Shown piece after piece: positions 53,807 through 63,926 of a DNA stretch of 64,000 nucleotides. The stretch is from Cellulomonas sp. GTDB taxonomy: Bacteria > Actinomycetota > Actinomycetes > Actinomycetales > Cellulomonadaceae. The stretch lies in the NCBI RefSeq assembly GCF_036279715.1, contig NZ_DASUIR010000029.1:6781-70780 (forward strand), read 5' to 3'. Position numbers and translations under genes: made by a program. The notes under the pieces are model-generated. The model was not told the origin of the DNA. It ran no database searches and saw nothing but the letters and a program-made list of their open reading frames with translations. Position 1 is the first letter of the stretch, and each line of letters opens with the position of its first letter.

Positions 53807-54658
53807 ATGCTCGCCAACTTTCTCATCGGCCTGCGCGAAGGCCTTGAGGCCGCTCTCGTCGTCGGCATCCTCGTCGCCTACGTCGTCAAGACCGGCCGGC
53901 GCGACCTCCTGCCCGCGGTGTGGGCCGGCGTCGGCGTCGCCGTCGTCGTCTCCCTCGCCTTCGGGGCAGCCCTCACGTTCGGGCCGCAGGGCCTGTCGTT
54001 CGAGGCGCAGGAGGCCATCGGCGGGACGCTGTCGATCGCGGCGGTCGGTCTCGTCACCTGGATGATCTTCTGGATGGCGCGCACCGCACGCTTCCTCAAG
54101 TCCACCCTGCAGCACGGCCTCGACGCCGCGATCGCCGCCGGAAGGCGCGCTGTCGTCGTGATGGCCCTGTTCGCCGTCGGGCGCGAGGGTCTCGAGACCG
54201 CGCTCTTCCTGTGGGCCGGCGCCAAGGCGACCGGCACGTCGACGTCGCCCCTGCTCGGCGCGGCCCTCGGGCTCGCCGCGGCGATCGCCCTCGGCTGGCT
54301 CGTGTACCGGGGCGCGGTGCGCCTGAACCTGCGGGTCTTCTTCGCGTGGACCGGGCTGTTCCTCGTCGTCGTCGCCGCCGGCGTGCTCTCCTACGGGGTG
54401 CACGACCTGCAGGAGGCCGGGATCCTGCCCGGCCTGCACGCGCTCGCGTTCGACGTCTCGACGGCGATCCCCCCGACGAGCTGGTACGGCACGCTCCTCA
54501 AGGGCGTCTTCAACTTCTCCCCCGCGACGACGTGGATCCAGCTCGCGGCGTGGGTCGCCTACCTCGCGCCGACCGCGTACGTCTTCATCCGCACGACGTG
54601 GGGCACGCCGACCCGCGCGCCCCTCCCCGCCCCGGTGCCGGCCGGCGTCCCCGCCTGA
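53807..54658 (+). CDS. efeU: iron permease EfeU (FTR1 family)
   Basis: Two REGxE motifs (LREGLE, GREGLE), 7 TM segments. Confidence 0.96.
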   Translation: MLANFLIGLREGLEAALVVGILVAYVVKTGRRDLLPAVWAGVGVAVVVSLAFGAALTFGPQGLSFEAQEAIGGTLSIAAVGLVTWMIFWMARTARFLKSTLQHGLDAAIAAGRRAVVVMALFAVGREGLETALFLWAGAKATGTSTSPLLGAALGLAAAIALGWLVYRGAVRLNLRVFFAWTGLFLVVVAAGVLSYGVHDLQEAGILPGLHALAFDVSTAIPPTSWYGTLLKGVFNFSPATTWIQLAAWVAYLAPTAYVFIRTTWGTPTRAPLPAPVPAGVPA

Positions 54659-54712
54659 CCTGCCTGTTCCACTTCCCCCGCACCGCCAGCTCCGCCGTCC
54701 CGGAGGACACCC

Positions 54713-55912
54713 ATGCCCCGCTCCGCCCTGTCCGCCATCGCCTGCGCCGCCCTCGTCCTGCCGTTCGCGGCGGGCTGCGTCGCGAACGAGCCCGCGGATG
54801 CGTCCGTGGTCGGGGCGGGCGCGGTGAAGGTCGACTCGTCGGCGACCGCGTGCACGCTCTCGGCCGCCACGGCCCCGTCCGGCACCCTGACGTTCTCGGT
54901 GACGAACTCGGGCACCGACGTGACCGAGTTCTACGTGCTCGCCGCGGACGGGCTGCGGGTCGTCGCGGAGGTCGAGAACCTCGGGCCCGGCCTCACCCGG
55001 GACCTCGTCGTGCAGGCCCGGCCCGGTACCTACGTGACCCAGTGCAAGCCCGGCATGGTCGGCGAGGGCATCAGGTCCGACTTCACCGTGACGGACTCCG
55101 GGACGGCCGTCGGGCCGACGGGCGACACGGCCACCCAGCTCGCCCAGGCCGAGGAGTCCTACGTCTCCTACGTCAAGGACCAGGTGGGCGCCCTGATCGC
55201 CGGCACCCAGGAGTTCGCCGCCGCCTACGTCGCCGGCGACGACACGAAGGCACGGGGGCTCTACGCCGCGACCCGCCTGCACTGGGAGCGCATCGAGCCC
55301 GTCGCCGAGTCGTTCGGCGACCTCGACCCGCTGCTCGACCTGCGTGAGGCCGACCTCGAGGCGGGCCAGCAGTGGACCGGCTGGCACCTCATCGAGAAGG
55401 ACCTCTGGGCCCCGGCCGTCGACGCGAACGGTGGCGTGGCCTACACCCCGCTCACGCAGGCGCAGCGCGAGGCAGCCGCGGCCGGTCTCGTCGCCAACAC
55501 CCAGGCCGTCGTCGACGCCGTCAACGCGCCCGGCTTCACCTTCGAGGCGTTCCAGATCGCCAACGGCGCGAAGGCGCTGCTCGACGAGGTCGCCACGGGC
55601 AAGATCACGGGCGAGGAGGAGATCTGGTCGCACACCGACCTGTGGGACGTCCAGGCGAACCTCGACGGCGCACGGGTCGCGTTCGAGGTGCTGCGCGACG
55701 TCGCCACGGCCGCCGACCCGGAGCTCGCGCGGACCCTCGACGCTCGCTTCGCCGACCTCACCGCGCTCGTCTCGGCGCAGGGGTCGGCCGAGACCGGGTT
55801 CACGTCCTACGACGCGCTCAGCACCGACCAGGTGAAGCAGATCGCCGCGGCGGTCGACGCCGTGAGCGAGCCGCTCTCGCGCCTCACCGCCACCGTCACG
55901 AGCGCATCGTGA
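54713..55912 (+). CDS. efeO: iron uptake lipoprotein EfeO (cupredoxin + imelysin/M75)
   Basis: Lipobox FAAGC, VTEFY/EVEN/CKPGM cupredoxin domain, HWERIEPVAE, WTGWHLIEK, KITGEEEIWSHTDL. Confidence 0.95.
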   Translation: MPRSALSAIACAALVLPFAAGCVANEPADASVVGAGAVKVDSSATACTLSAATAPSGTLTFSVTNSGTDVTEFYVLAADGLRVVAEVENLGPGLTRDLVVQARPGTYVTQCKPGMVGEGIRSDFTVTDSGTAVGPTGDTATQLAQAEESYVSYVKDQVGALIAGTQEFAAAYVAGDDTKARGLYAATRLHWERIEPVAESFGDLDPLLDLREADLEAGQQWTGWHLIEKDLWAPAVDANGGVAYTPLTQAQREAAAAGLVANTQAVVDAVNAPGFTFEAFQIANGAKALLDEVATGKITGEEEIWSHTDLWDVQANLDGARVAFEVLRDVATAADPELARTLDARFADLTALVSAQGSAETGFTSYDALSTDQVKQIAAAVDAVSEPLSRLTATVTSAS

Positions 55913-57336
55913 CCGGGCAGCCACCCCTCGAGGAGCGGACCGCGGCAGCTGCCGTGCCCCCTCCCGCCGAGGGGCACGGCGTGTCGCGGCGCGCCCTGCT
56001 CGGGTTCGCGGGCGGCGGGCTCGCGGCGATCGGGGTGGCCGCGGCCGGAGGGTTCGTGGCGGGCCGCGAGGGCGCCGGGCAGGCCACTGCGGCGCAGCAG
56101 GCCGGCTCCGGGACGACCTACCCGTTCACGGGCGAGCACCAGGCCGGCATCGTCACCCCGGCCCAGGACCGCATGCACATCGCGGCGTTCGACCTCACGA
56201 CCACCTCGCGCGACGAGGTCGTCGCCCTGCTGCGCACCTGGACCGCCATGGCGGCACGACTCACGCAGGGCCGCCCGGCGGGCACGTTCGGTCCGGCGTC
56301 GGGCCCGTACGACGCGCCGCCCGACGACACCGGTGAGGCGGCCGACCTGCCGCCCGCCGGCCTGACGATCACGTTCGGGTTCGGGCGATCGCTGTTCGTC
56401 GGGACCCCCGCACCCGACGGAGCACCCGGCGTCGACCGGTTCGGCCTCGCGGACCGGCTGCCCGGCGCGCTCGTCGAGCTGCCGCACTTCCCGAAGGACG
56501 CCCTCGACCCGGCACGCAGCGACGGGGACCTCGTCGTGCAGGCGTGCGCCGACGACCCTCAGGTCGCCGTGCACGCGATCCGCAACCTCTCCCGCGCCGC
56601 GTTCGGGACCGCCGCGATCCGGTGGACCCAGCTCGGCTACGGCCGCACGTCCTCGACGTCGACGACGCAGGCCACGCCCCGCAACCTGTTCGGCTTCAAG
56701 GACGGCACCGCCAACCTCAAGGCCGAGGAGCCGACCGCGGTCGACGAGCACGTCTGGGTACCCGCCGACGCCGCGACCGCCGACGCGAGCGACCCCGGCA
56801 CCGACTCCACCTGGATGACCGGCGGCTCGTACCTTGTCGCGCGCCGCATCCGGATGGTCATCGAGACCTGGGACCGCACGTCGCTGCGCGAGCAGGAGAC
56901 GCTCGTCGGCCGCACGAAGGGTGAGGGCGCCCCGCTGTCCGGCGGAACCGAGCTCACCGAGCCCGACCTCGCGGCGACGGGCCGCGGCGACGTCCCGCTC
57001 ATCGCCGCCACCTCGCACGTCAGGCTCGCGCACCCGAGCACCAACAACGGCGTGCGGATGCTCCGACGCGGCTACAACTTCACCGACGGCAACGACTCGC
57101 TCGGCCGCCTCGACGCGGGCCTGTTCTTCATCGCCTACGTCCGCGACCCACGCACGCACTACATCCCGATGCAGACCGTTCTCTCGCGCGACGACGCCCT
57201 CATGGAGTACCTCCTGCACACCGGCTCGGGACTGTTCGCCGTGCCGCCCGGCCTGCCCGCGGAGCTGCTCGGGGCCGACGGGACGCCCGCGACCGGTCCC
57301 GACGCGCCGTTCGTCGGCCAGGCGCTGTTCGCCTGA
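55909..57336 (+). CDS. efeB: Dyp-type peroxidase/deferrochelatase EfeB (Tat substrate)
   Basis: SRRALLG twin-arginine signal, GEHQAGI, FGFKDGTAN, HVRLAHP, MLRRGYNF. Confidence 0.95.
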   Translation: MTGQPPLEERTAAAAVPPPAEGHGVSRRALLGFAGGGLAAIGVAAAGGFVAGREGAGQATAAQQAGSGTTYPFTGEHQAGIVTPAQDRMHIAAFDLTTTSRDEVVALLRTWTAMAARLTQGRPAGTFGPASGPYDAPPDDTGEAADLPPAGLTITFGFGRSLFVGTPAPDGAPGVDRFGLADRLPGALVELPHFPKDALDPARSDGDLVVQACADDPQVAVHAIRNLSRAAFGTAAIRWTQLGYGRTSSTSTTQATPRNLFGFKDGTANLKAEEPTAVDEHVWVPADAATADASDPGTDSTWMTGGSYLVARRIRMVIETWDRTSLREQETLVGRTKGEGAPLSGGTELTEPDLAATGRGDVPLIAATSHVRLAHPSTNNGVRMLRRGYNFTDGNDSLGRLDAGLFFIAYVRDPRTHYIPMQTVLSRDDALMEYLLHTGSGLFAVPPGLPAELLGADGTPATGPDAPFVGQALFA

Positions 57337-57380
57337 CGGTCACGCTGCCGCGCTCCCGGCCGCGCGGTACGGTGACCGCC

Positions 57381-59432
57381 GTGACCTCCATGCCTGACGG
57401 CTCCACCCGGCCGCCGGCCCGCGAGCGCACCCCGCTGTCCGCACGGACCCGGGCGCTCTCCCGTGCCGCAGCGCGCACCCGGGCGGCCCGGACCGACCCC
57501 ACGACACCCCCCGATGCCGGCACGGCGACCCGCGTCAGCCTCGTCGCCGTCCTCACCGTGCTGACCCTCGAGCTCGCGCGAGCCGGCGGCCCCCTGCTGG
57601 AGGGAGTGCCCGGTGCGGGCCCCGCCGGTGCCACGACTCTCGGTGCCTGCGTGCTGGCGGGGGCGGCGGCGGCCGTGCTGCTCCTCGCGACCGGTCGACG
57701 CTTCACCGGGTCCCCCGACGGCCGCACGGTGCTCGCGGGGACCGCTGCGGTGGCGGTCGCCCGGCTCGTCGTGCAGGGTCTCGGCGGTGACGCGCGCGTC
57801 GTCGTCGGGCTCGTGGCGGTCGCGCTCGCGGTGTGCGTCCTGACGCTCGCGGTCTCGTTCGTCGCGGGCCGGCCCACCGGTGGTCGGCAGGCCGCGCTCG
57901 GCCTCGTGCTCGGTTCCGGGCTCGCGACCGGGCTGCAGCTGAGCCTCGGCACGTGGGACGCGCTCTGGCGGCACGGACCCGTGGGCTGGGTCGTCGGCGG
58001 CGTGCTGCCGGTCGGTGCCGTGGCCCTCGCGCGCGTCGTGCGGACAGGCGGCTCGACCGGTCGCCCCCGGCGGCTGTGGATGCTCGGCCCCTACCTGGTG
58101 CTTGCGACCACGGTCCTTGCCAACCCGGCGCTCGTCGCCGCCCAGACGGGCGAGCCGCTGCGTGACGTCGGGCTCGTGATCGTGCTCGCGCACGTGGTTG
58201 CTGTCTGGCTGGTGCTCAGCCCGCACCTGCTGACCGGAACCGTCCGCATCGCGGCGGCCCTCGCCGTCCCCGCGGCAGCCCTCGGCGCCCTCGCCGTGAC
58301 CGGCAGCAGGGAGCTCATCCCTGTCGTCGTGCTGCAGCTCGCCGTCGGGGTGGCCCTCGCCACCGGGCTGACCACGCACCGCGTCGCGCCGCTCGGCGTC
58401 CCGGGCACGGCCCTCGCGGTCGGAGTCGTCGGCCTCGGCTTCGCAGCGCCGCTGCTCGTCGGCCTCGCTGACATCGACGGCCCGCTCGGGCTGCACGGTC
58501 GGGCCCTCCCGCTCGTGGCGGGCCTCGCGCTCACCGTCGCCGGGCTGCGTCGGCGGGTCCCCGCGGCGCCGGTCACCACGTCGACGGAGCTGCCCGCGAC
58601 GGCAGTCGAGCCCGCGCAGCCGTTCCGGTCGAACGCGATCCGCATGCTCGTCACGCCGGCCGTCGTGCTCGCCGTCGTGGGCTGGTGGCCCAACGCACCG
58701 ACCGCGCCCGGTCCCGCGCGCGCCCGCGGCGACTCGCTCGTCGTCGTCGACTGGAACCTGCACCACGGCGTCGCGCCGGCAGCGGACCTCGACCCCGAGC
58801 TCGTCGCGCGCACGATCGAGGCACAGGACCCGGACGTCGTCACGCTGCAGGAGGTCTCCCGCGGGTGGGTGCTCGGCGGCGGCCTCGACGTCGCGACCTG
58901 GCTGTCCCACCGGTTGGAGATGCAGGTCGTCGTCGCCCCGGGCGCCGACCACCAGCTCGGCACCGCGATCCTCGCGCGGTCGGCCCTCAACCACGCGGTC
59001 GTCACGGCGCTGCCGGACGTCGCCGGGTCGCCGCAGCGCTCGGCGCTCTCGGCGACGGTCACGCTCGCGGGCGGGACCGCCGTCCGCGTGAGCTCGGTGC
59101 AGCTGCAGGACCCGGCCGACGACGCCGCGCCTCGCCTCGACGTGCTGCACGCCCTCCTCGCGGCGCTGCCCGCTTCCGCACCGGCGGTCCTGGCGGGCGA
59201 CGTGGTCGCCGAGCCCGGCTCACCCGAGGCCGGCGTGCTCGACGCAGCGGGCTGGACGGGCGCAGCCGACCTCGCCGGCAACCGGGCACCGACCTACCCG
59301 AGCGACCACCCGACCCTTCGGATCGACGAGGTGCTCTGCCAGGGGATGCAGACGACGCACACCGAGGTGCTGACGGCCCCGCGCTCGTCCGACCACCTGC
59401 CGGTCGTCATGACGCTGCAGCCGGTCGGCTGA
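57381..59432 (+). CDS. polytopic membrane protein fused to C-terminal endonuclease/exonuclease/phosphatase (EEP) domain
   Basis: Many hydrophobic segments, then VVDWNLHHG, PDVVTLQEV, LAGD, TYPS, RIDEV, SDHLPV. Start 57381 is supported by TACGGT 7 nt upstream. Confidence 0.85.
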   Translation: MTSMPDGSTRPPARERTPLSARTRALSRAAARTRAARTDPTTPPDAGTATRVSLVAVLTVLTLELARAGGPLLEGVPGAGPAGATTLGACVLAGAAAAVLLLATGRRFTGSPDGRTVLAGTAAVAVARLVVQGLGGDARVVVGLVAVALAVCVLTLAVSFVAGRPTGGRQAALGLVLGSGLATGLQLSLGTWDALWRHGPVGWVVGGVLPVGAVALARVVRTGGSTGRPRRLWMLGPYLVLATTVLANPALVAAQTGEPLRDVGLVIVLAHVVAVWLVLSPHLLTGTVRIAAALAVPAAALGALAVTGSRELIPVVVLQLAVGVALATGLTTHRVAPLGVPGTALAVGVVGLGFAAPLLVGLADIDGPLGLHGRALPLVAGLALTVAGLRRRVPAAPVTTSTELPATAVEPAQPFRSNAIRMLVTPAVVLAVVGWWPNAPTAPGPARARGDSLVVVDWNLHHGVAPAADLDPELVARTIEAQDPDVVTLQEVSRGWVLGGGLDVATWLSHRLEMQVVVAPGADHQLGTAILARSALNHAVVTALPDVAGSPQRSALSATVTLAGGTAVRVSSVQLQDPADDAAPRLDVLHALLAALPASAPAVLAGDVVAEPGSPEAGVLDAAGWTGAADLAGNRAPTYPSDHPTLRIDEVLCQGMQTTHTEVLTAPRSSDHLPVVMTLQPVG

Positions 59433-59475
59433 GCCGACGCCGACGGACGGACCCCCCTGCGGCCCGAGCCGCGGC

Positions 59476-60933
59476 TCAGTCGTCCTGGCGCTGGTGCAGC
59501 ATCCGCGCCACCTCGGCGATCGACCCTGAGACCGACGGGTAGACGGTGAACGAGCTCGCGACCTCGTCGGCGGTGAGCCGGTGCGAGACCGCGAGCGTGA
59601 TCGGGAAGATGAGCTCGCTCGCGTTCGGCGCGACGACGACGCCGCCGAGCACCTGCCCGGCCGGGTGTGCGAACAGCTTGACGAACCCGTGGCGCATCCC
59701 GAGCATCTTGGCGCGCGGGTTCTGGGCCAGGGCCAGGGTGCTCGTGACGTAGCGCGACCCGGCGGCCGTGAGCTGCGCCTCGCTGTAGCCGACGGTGGCG
59801 ATCTCGGGCTCGGTGAAGATGTTCGCGGCGACGGTCCGCAGCGACAGGGGCATGACCGAGTCGCCCAGCGCGTGGGACATCGCGATGCGCCCCTGCATCG
59901 CGGCCACCGACGCCAACGGCAGCACGCCCGTGCAGTCCCCCGCCGCGTAGACCCCGCGCACCGACGTCCGGGAGACCTTGTCGACCTCGACGTGGCCCGA
60001 CGTGCTGAGGCGCACGCCCGCCTCGACCAGGCCGATGCCCGACGTGCTGGGCACCGAGCCGACCGCCATGAGGACGTGGGAGCCCTCGACGGTGCGCCCG
60101 TCGGTCAGCGTCACGACGACCCCGTCGGCCGTGCGCGTCGCCGACTGCGCCCGCGAGCGTGCCATCAGCGTCATGCCCTGGCCGCGGAACACCTCTTCGA
60201 TGACGTCGGCGGCGTCGGCGTCCTCCCCCGGCAGGACCCGGTCCCGGCTCGAGACGAGGACGACCTCGGAGCCGAGCGCGAGGTACGCCCCGGCGAACTC
60301 CGCGCCCGTGACGCCGGACCCGACGACGATGAGCCGCTCGGGCAGGCTCGTCAGCTCGTACAGCTGGGTCCACGTGAGGATCCGCTCGCCGTCGGGCTCG
60401 CCGCCCGGCAGCACGCGCGGGACGGCGCCGGTCGAGACGAGCACGACGTCGGCGTCGAACGCGTGCTCGCGCCCGTCCGGCTGAGTCGCCACGACCCGCC
60501 GCGGTCCCTCGAGACGGCCCGAGCCGATCACCATCCGGATGCCCTCGCGCTCGAGCCGCGCGTGCACGTCCGCCGACTGCGCGGCCGCGAGCGCCTTGAC
60601 CCGCACGTTGACCTCACCGAGGTCGACCCGATGCTGCTCCGACTCCCTGATCGCCCGGGTCCGGTCGATGCGCGGATGCGCCGGTACGGGCGCGTCGAGG
60701 TGGATGCCGAGGTCGGGGGCACGGTCGGCGATCGTCATCCACTCGGCGGTCGCGATGAGCGTCTTGGAGGGCACCACGTCGGTGAGGACGGCCGACCCGC
60801 CCAGGCCGAGCCGCTCGACCACGGTGACGTCCGCACCGAGGCGGCGCGCAACGAGCGCCGACTCGTACCCGCCGGGTCCGCCCCCCAGGATGACGACGCG
60901 GCTCGACTGGAGGTCCTGATCGCGTGTGCCCAC
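59476..60933 (-). CDS. lpdA: NAD(P)H-quinone reductase, LpdA-like flavoprotein
   Basis: GGGPGG FAD motif, GGSAVLTDVVPSK (no redox Cys pair), GSGVTGAE, YAAGDCTG, VYPSVSGSIAE. Confidence 0.92.
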   Translation of the reverse strand: MGTRDQDLQSSRVVILGGGPGGYESALVARRLGADVTVVERLGLGGSAVLTDVVPSKTLIATAEWMTIADRAPDLGIHLDAPVPAHPRIDRTRAIRESEQHRVDLGEVNVRVKALAAAQSADVHARLEREGIRMVIGSGRLEGPRRVVATQPDGREHAFDADVVLVSTGAVPRVLPGGEPDGERILTWTQLYELTSLPERLIVVGSGVTGAEFAGAYLALGSEVVLVSSRDRVLPGEDADAADVIEEVFRGQGMTLMARSRAQSATRTADGVVVTLTDGRTVEGSHVLMAVGSVPSTSGIGLVEAGVRLSTSGHVEVDKVSRTSVRGVYAAGDCTGVLPLASVAAMQGRIAMSHALGDSVMPLSLRTVAANIFTEPEIATVGYSEAQLTAAGSRYVTSTLALAQNPRAKMLGMRHGFVKLFAHPAGQVLGGVVVAPNASELIFPITLAVSHRLTADEVASSFTVYPSVSGSIAEVARMLHQRQDD

Positions 60934-61024
60934 GTGGCCATTCTGCCCGGCGCGGGCCGACCCGGCCGTTCTGTGCCGGCACGACGCGCGCGGCAGAGCG
61001 TTCAGGGCCGATAACGTGACCGCC

Positions 61025-61867
61025 ATGGCTGACCTCGACGACCCGATGACCGATCCCTTCGACGTGGCGCGACTCGCGGCGCAGTACCTCGCGGAGGTGA
61101 CGGGCGTCGCGCAGCACGATGTCGCGCTCGTGCTCGGCTCGGGCTGGGGCGGGGCCGCCGACCTGCTGGGCGAGACCGTCGCCGAGGTCCCGAGCCACGA
61201 TGTGCCCGGGTTCATGGCGCCCGCCGTCGTCGGCCACGTCGGGACGATCCGCTCGATCCGCCTCGCGGCCCCCGACGCCGCCCCGGACGCGCCCGCGCGC
61301 CACGCGCTGGTCCTGGGGTCGCGGACCCACCTGTACGAGGGCAAGGGCGTGCGGCCGGTCGTGCACGGCGTCCGCACAGCGGCAGCCGCGGGAGCCCGCA
61401 CGGTCGTCCTGACGAACGGGTGCGGCGGCCTGAATGCCGCCTGGGGCCCGGGCACTCCCGTGCTCATCCGCGACCACATCAACCTCACCGCGATGTCCCC
61501 GCTCGAGGGAGCGACGTTCGTCGACCTCACCGACCTGTACTCGACGCGCCTGCGGGACCTCGCGCGCACGGTCGACCCGAGCCTCGACGAGGGCGTGTAC
61601 GTGCAGTTCCGCGGGCCCCACTACGAGACCCCGGCCGAGGTCCGGATGGCCGGCCGGCTGGGCGGCGACCTGGTGGGCATGTCGACGACGCTCGAGGCGA
61701 TCGCCGCCCGGCACGCGGGGCTCGAGGTGCTGGGGCTCTCGCTCGTGACGAACCTGGCGGCCGGCATCACCGGCGAGCCGCTCTCCCACGGTGAGGTCAT
61801 CGAGGCCGGACGCGAGGCCGGTCCGCGGATCAGCGCCCTGCTCGCCACGATCGTCCAGGCGCTCTGA
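61025..61867 (+). CDS. punA: purine-nucleoside phosphorylase (trimeric type)
   Basis: LVLGSGWG, GSRTHLYEG, LTNGCGG, GPHYETPAE, DLVGMST, LVTNLAAG, SHGEV. Confidence 0.96.
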   Translation: MADLDDPMTDPFDVARLAAQYLAEVTGVAQHDVALVLGSGWGGAADLLGETVAEVPSHDVPGFMAPAVVGHVGTIRSIRLAAPDAAPDAPARHALVLGSRTHLYEGKGVRPVVHGVRTAAAAGARTVVLTNGCGGLNAAWGPGTPVLIRDHINLTAMSPLEGATFVDLTDLYSTRLRDLARTVDPSLDEGVYVQFRGPHYETPAEVRMAGRLGGDLVGMSTTLEAIAARHAGLEVLGLSLVTNLAAGITGEPLSHGEVIEAGREAGPRISALLATIVQAL

Positions 61868-61870
61868 CAC

Positions 61871-61898
61871 GACGGTGGCGCGGGGGCGCCCACCCGTC
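61871..61898 (+). terminator. possible hairpin after punA
   Basis: GACGG-TGG-CGC..GCG-C-CCA-C-CCGTC, an imperfect stem. Confidence 0.35.
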
Positions 61899-61974
61899 TC
61901 ACCGGGCGCTCACCTTGCGTCGCCCGGTGCTGCCCGGTGCTGCCCGGACCGGCCGGGGTCGGTAGGTTGTGGGC

Positions 61975-63846
61975 ATGTCGATCGTGCAGCCGGAACCGTG
62001 GGAACAGCTCGCCCAGCGCGTCGCCGCGTGGATCTCGGACGACCCGGACGCCCAGACCCGCGCCGAGCTGAGCGCGCTGCTCGCGACGGCGAGCCAGCCC
62101 TTGACCGACGTCGGTGCGCACCGCGACGGCTCGGCGCGCACCCCGCGCGAGGAGTCGCTGGTCCTGGACGTGACCGGAGCCCGTGCCGACCTCGCCGACC
62201 GGTTCTCGGGCCTGCTCCAGTTCGGCACCGCCGGGCTGCGCGGCGAGCTCGGCGGAGGACCGCACCGCATGAACCGCGCGGTGGTCATCCGGGCCGCGTC
62301 GGGGCTCGCGGACTACCTGCTCGGTGAGCTCGACGGGCTGACGCCGGCCCCGCGCGTGGTCGTCGGCTACGACGCCCGGCACCGCTCGGCCGACTTCGCG
62401 CGGGACACCGCAGCGGTGCTCACGGCCGTCGGCCTCGAGGTGCTCGTCCTGCCGTCGGCGCTGCCCACGCCGGTCCTCGCGTTCGCCGTCCGCCACCTCG
62501 ACGCGGACGCGGGCGTGATGGTCACCGCGAGCCACAACCCGCCGCAGGACAACGGCTACAAGGTGTACCTCGGCGGCCGCGTCGTGACGGACTCCGGTCA
62601 GGGCTCGCAGATCGTCCCGCCCGCCGACGCGGCGATCGCCGCGGAGATCGCCCGAGTCCCGTCCGTCGCCGCGGTCCCCCGCGCGGAGACCGGCTGGACC
62701 GTGCTCGGTCCCGAGGTGCTCGACGCCTACGTCGCCTCCGTGACGGCCCTGGCCGACCCCTCGGACGGGGCGCGGGCCCGTGCGGGGCGTGTGCGCATCG
62801 TGCTCACACCCATGCACGGTGTGGGCGGCGTCACGGGCCAGCGCGTCCTGGCGACCGCCGGGTTCACCGACGTGCATGTCGTCCCCGAGCAGGCTGAACC
62901 CGACGGCAACTTCCCGTCGATCCCGTTCCCGAACCCCGAGGAGGCCGGCGCGATCGACCTCGCGACCGCACTCGCGGGCGATCTGGGCGCCGACGTCGTG
63001 ATCGCCCTCGACCCCGACGCCGACCGGTGCGGTGTCGCGGTCCGCGACCCCCGCGCGCGCTCGTACCGCGGCCCCGACACGGCCGCCGCCGAGGGTTGGC
63101 GCATGCTGCACGGCGACGAGGTCGGCGCGCTGCTCGGTCGGCTCGCGGCGGACCGGGCGCTGCGGTCGCCCGACCCCGTCGCCGGGATGGCGCTGGCGAG
63201 CTCGATCGTCTCCTCGCGGCAGCTCGCGCAGATCGCCGCGTCGGCGGGCCTTCGCCACGTCCAGACCCTCACGGGGTTCAAGTGGATCTCTCGCGTCGAG
63301 GGGCTCGTGTACGGCTACGAGGAGGCCATCGGCTACTGCGTCGACCCCACGCACGTGCGCGACAAGGACGGCATCTCCGCGGCGCTGCTCGTCGCGGGCC
63401 TCGCGGCCGACCTCAAGGCCTCGGGGCGCACGCTCCTCGACGCGCTCGACGACCTGGCGCGGGCGCACAACCTGTACCTGAGCTCTCAGCTCGCCGGTCG
63501 CTTCGAGGACCCGGCCGGCATCGTCGCGGCGATGGGTCGGCTGCGGGCGGCTCCCCCCGCGAGCCTCGGCGGCTCGCGCGTGGTCGAGGTCGTCGACCTC
63601 GAGGCCGGCACCGAGGCGGAGCGCGACGGGCTGCCGCCGACGGAGGGCGTCCGGCTGCTCGCCGAGGACGGCACCCGGGTGATCGTGCGCCCGAGCGGCA
63701 CGGAGCCGAAGGTCAAGAGCTACCTCGAGGTCATCGTCCCGGTCACGGCGGACGCGACGGATGCCGAGATCACCGCAGCCCGCACGACGGCGCACGCGCG
63801 CCTCGACGCCGTGCGCGCCGACATGGTGACTGCGCTGGGGCTCTGA
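61975..63846 (+). CDS. phosphohexomutase/phosphopentomutase (PGM/PMM family)
   Basis: FGTAGLRG, VTASHNP phosphoserine, DPDADR metal loop, GFKW, GYEEAIG, RPSGTEPK. ATG 61975 lies 6 nt after TAGGTT. Confidence 0.95.
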   Translation: MSIVQPEPWEQLAQRVAAWISDDPDAQTRAELSALLATASQPLTDVGAHRDGSARTPREESLVLDVTGARADLADRFSGLLQFGTAGLRGELGGGPHRMNRAVVIRAASGLADYLLGELDGLTPAPRVVVGYDARHRSADFARDTAAVLTAVGLEVLVLPSALPTPVLAFAVRHLDADAGVMVTASHNPPQDNGYKVYLGGRVVTDSGQGSQIVPPADAAIAAEIARVPSVAAVPRAETGWTVLGPEVLDAYVASVTALADPSDGARARAGRVRIVLTPMHGVGGVTGQRVLATAGFTDVHVVPEQAEPDGNFPSIPFPNPEEAGAIDLATALAGDLGADVVIALDPDADRCGVAVRDPRARSYRGPDTAAAEGWRMLHGDEVGALLGRLAADRALRSPDPVAGMALASSIVSSRQLAQIAASAGLRHVQTLTGFKWISRVEGLVYGYEEAIGYCVDPTHVRDKDGISAALLVAGLAADLKASGRTLLDALDDLARAHNLYLSSQLAGRFEDPAGIVAAMGRLRAAPPASLGGSRVVEVVDLEAGTEAERDGLPPTEGVRLLAEDGTRVIVRPSGTEPKVKSYLEVIVPVTADATDAEITAARTTAHARLDAVRADMVTALGL

Positions 63847-63860
63847 CGGGAACGGCAGTC

Positions 63861-63907
63861 GCGGTCACCCGGTGGACGGCGGTCAACGCCCGCCCACCGG
63901 GAACCGC
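63861..63907. terminator. hairpin between convergent genes
   Basis: GCGGT..CCCGGTGG / CCACCGGG..ACCGC inverted repeat. Confidence 0.65.
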
Positions 63908-63926
63908 ACGCTCCACCCGCTGACGG

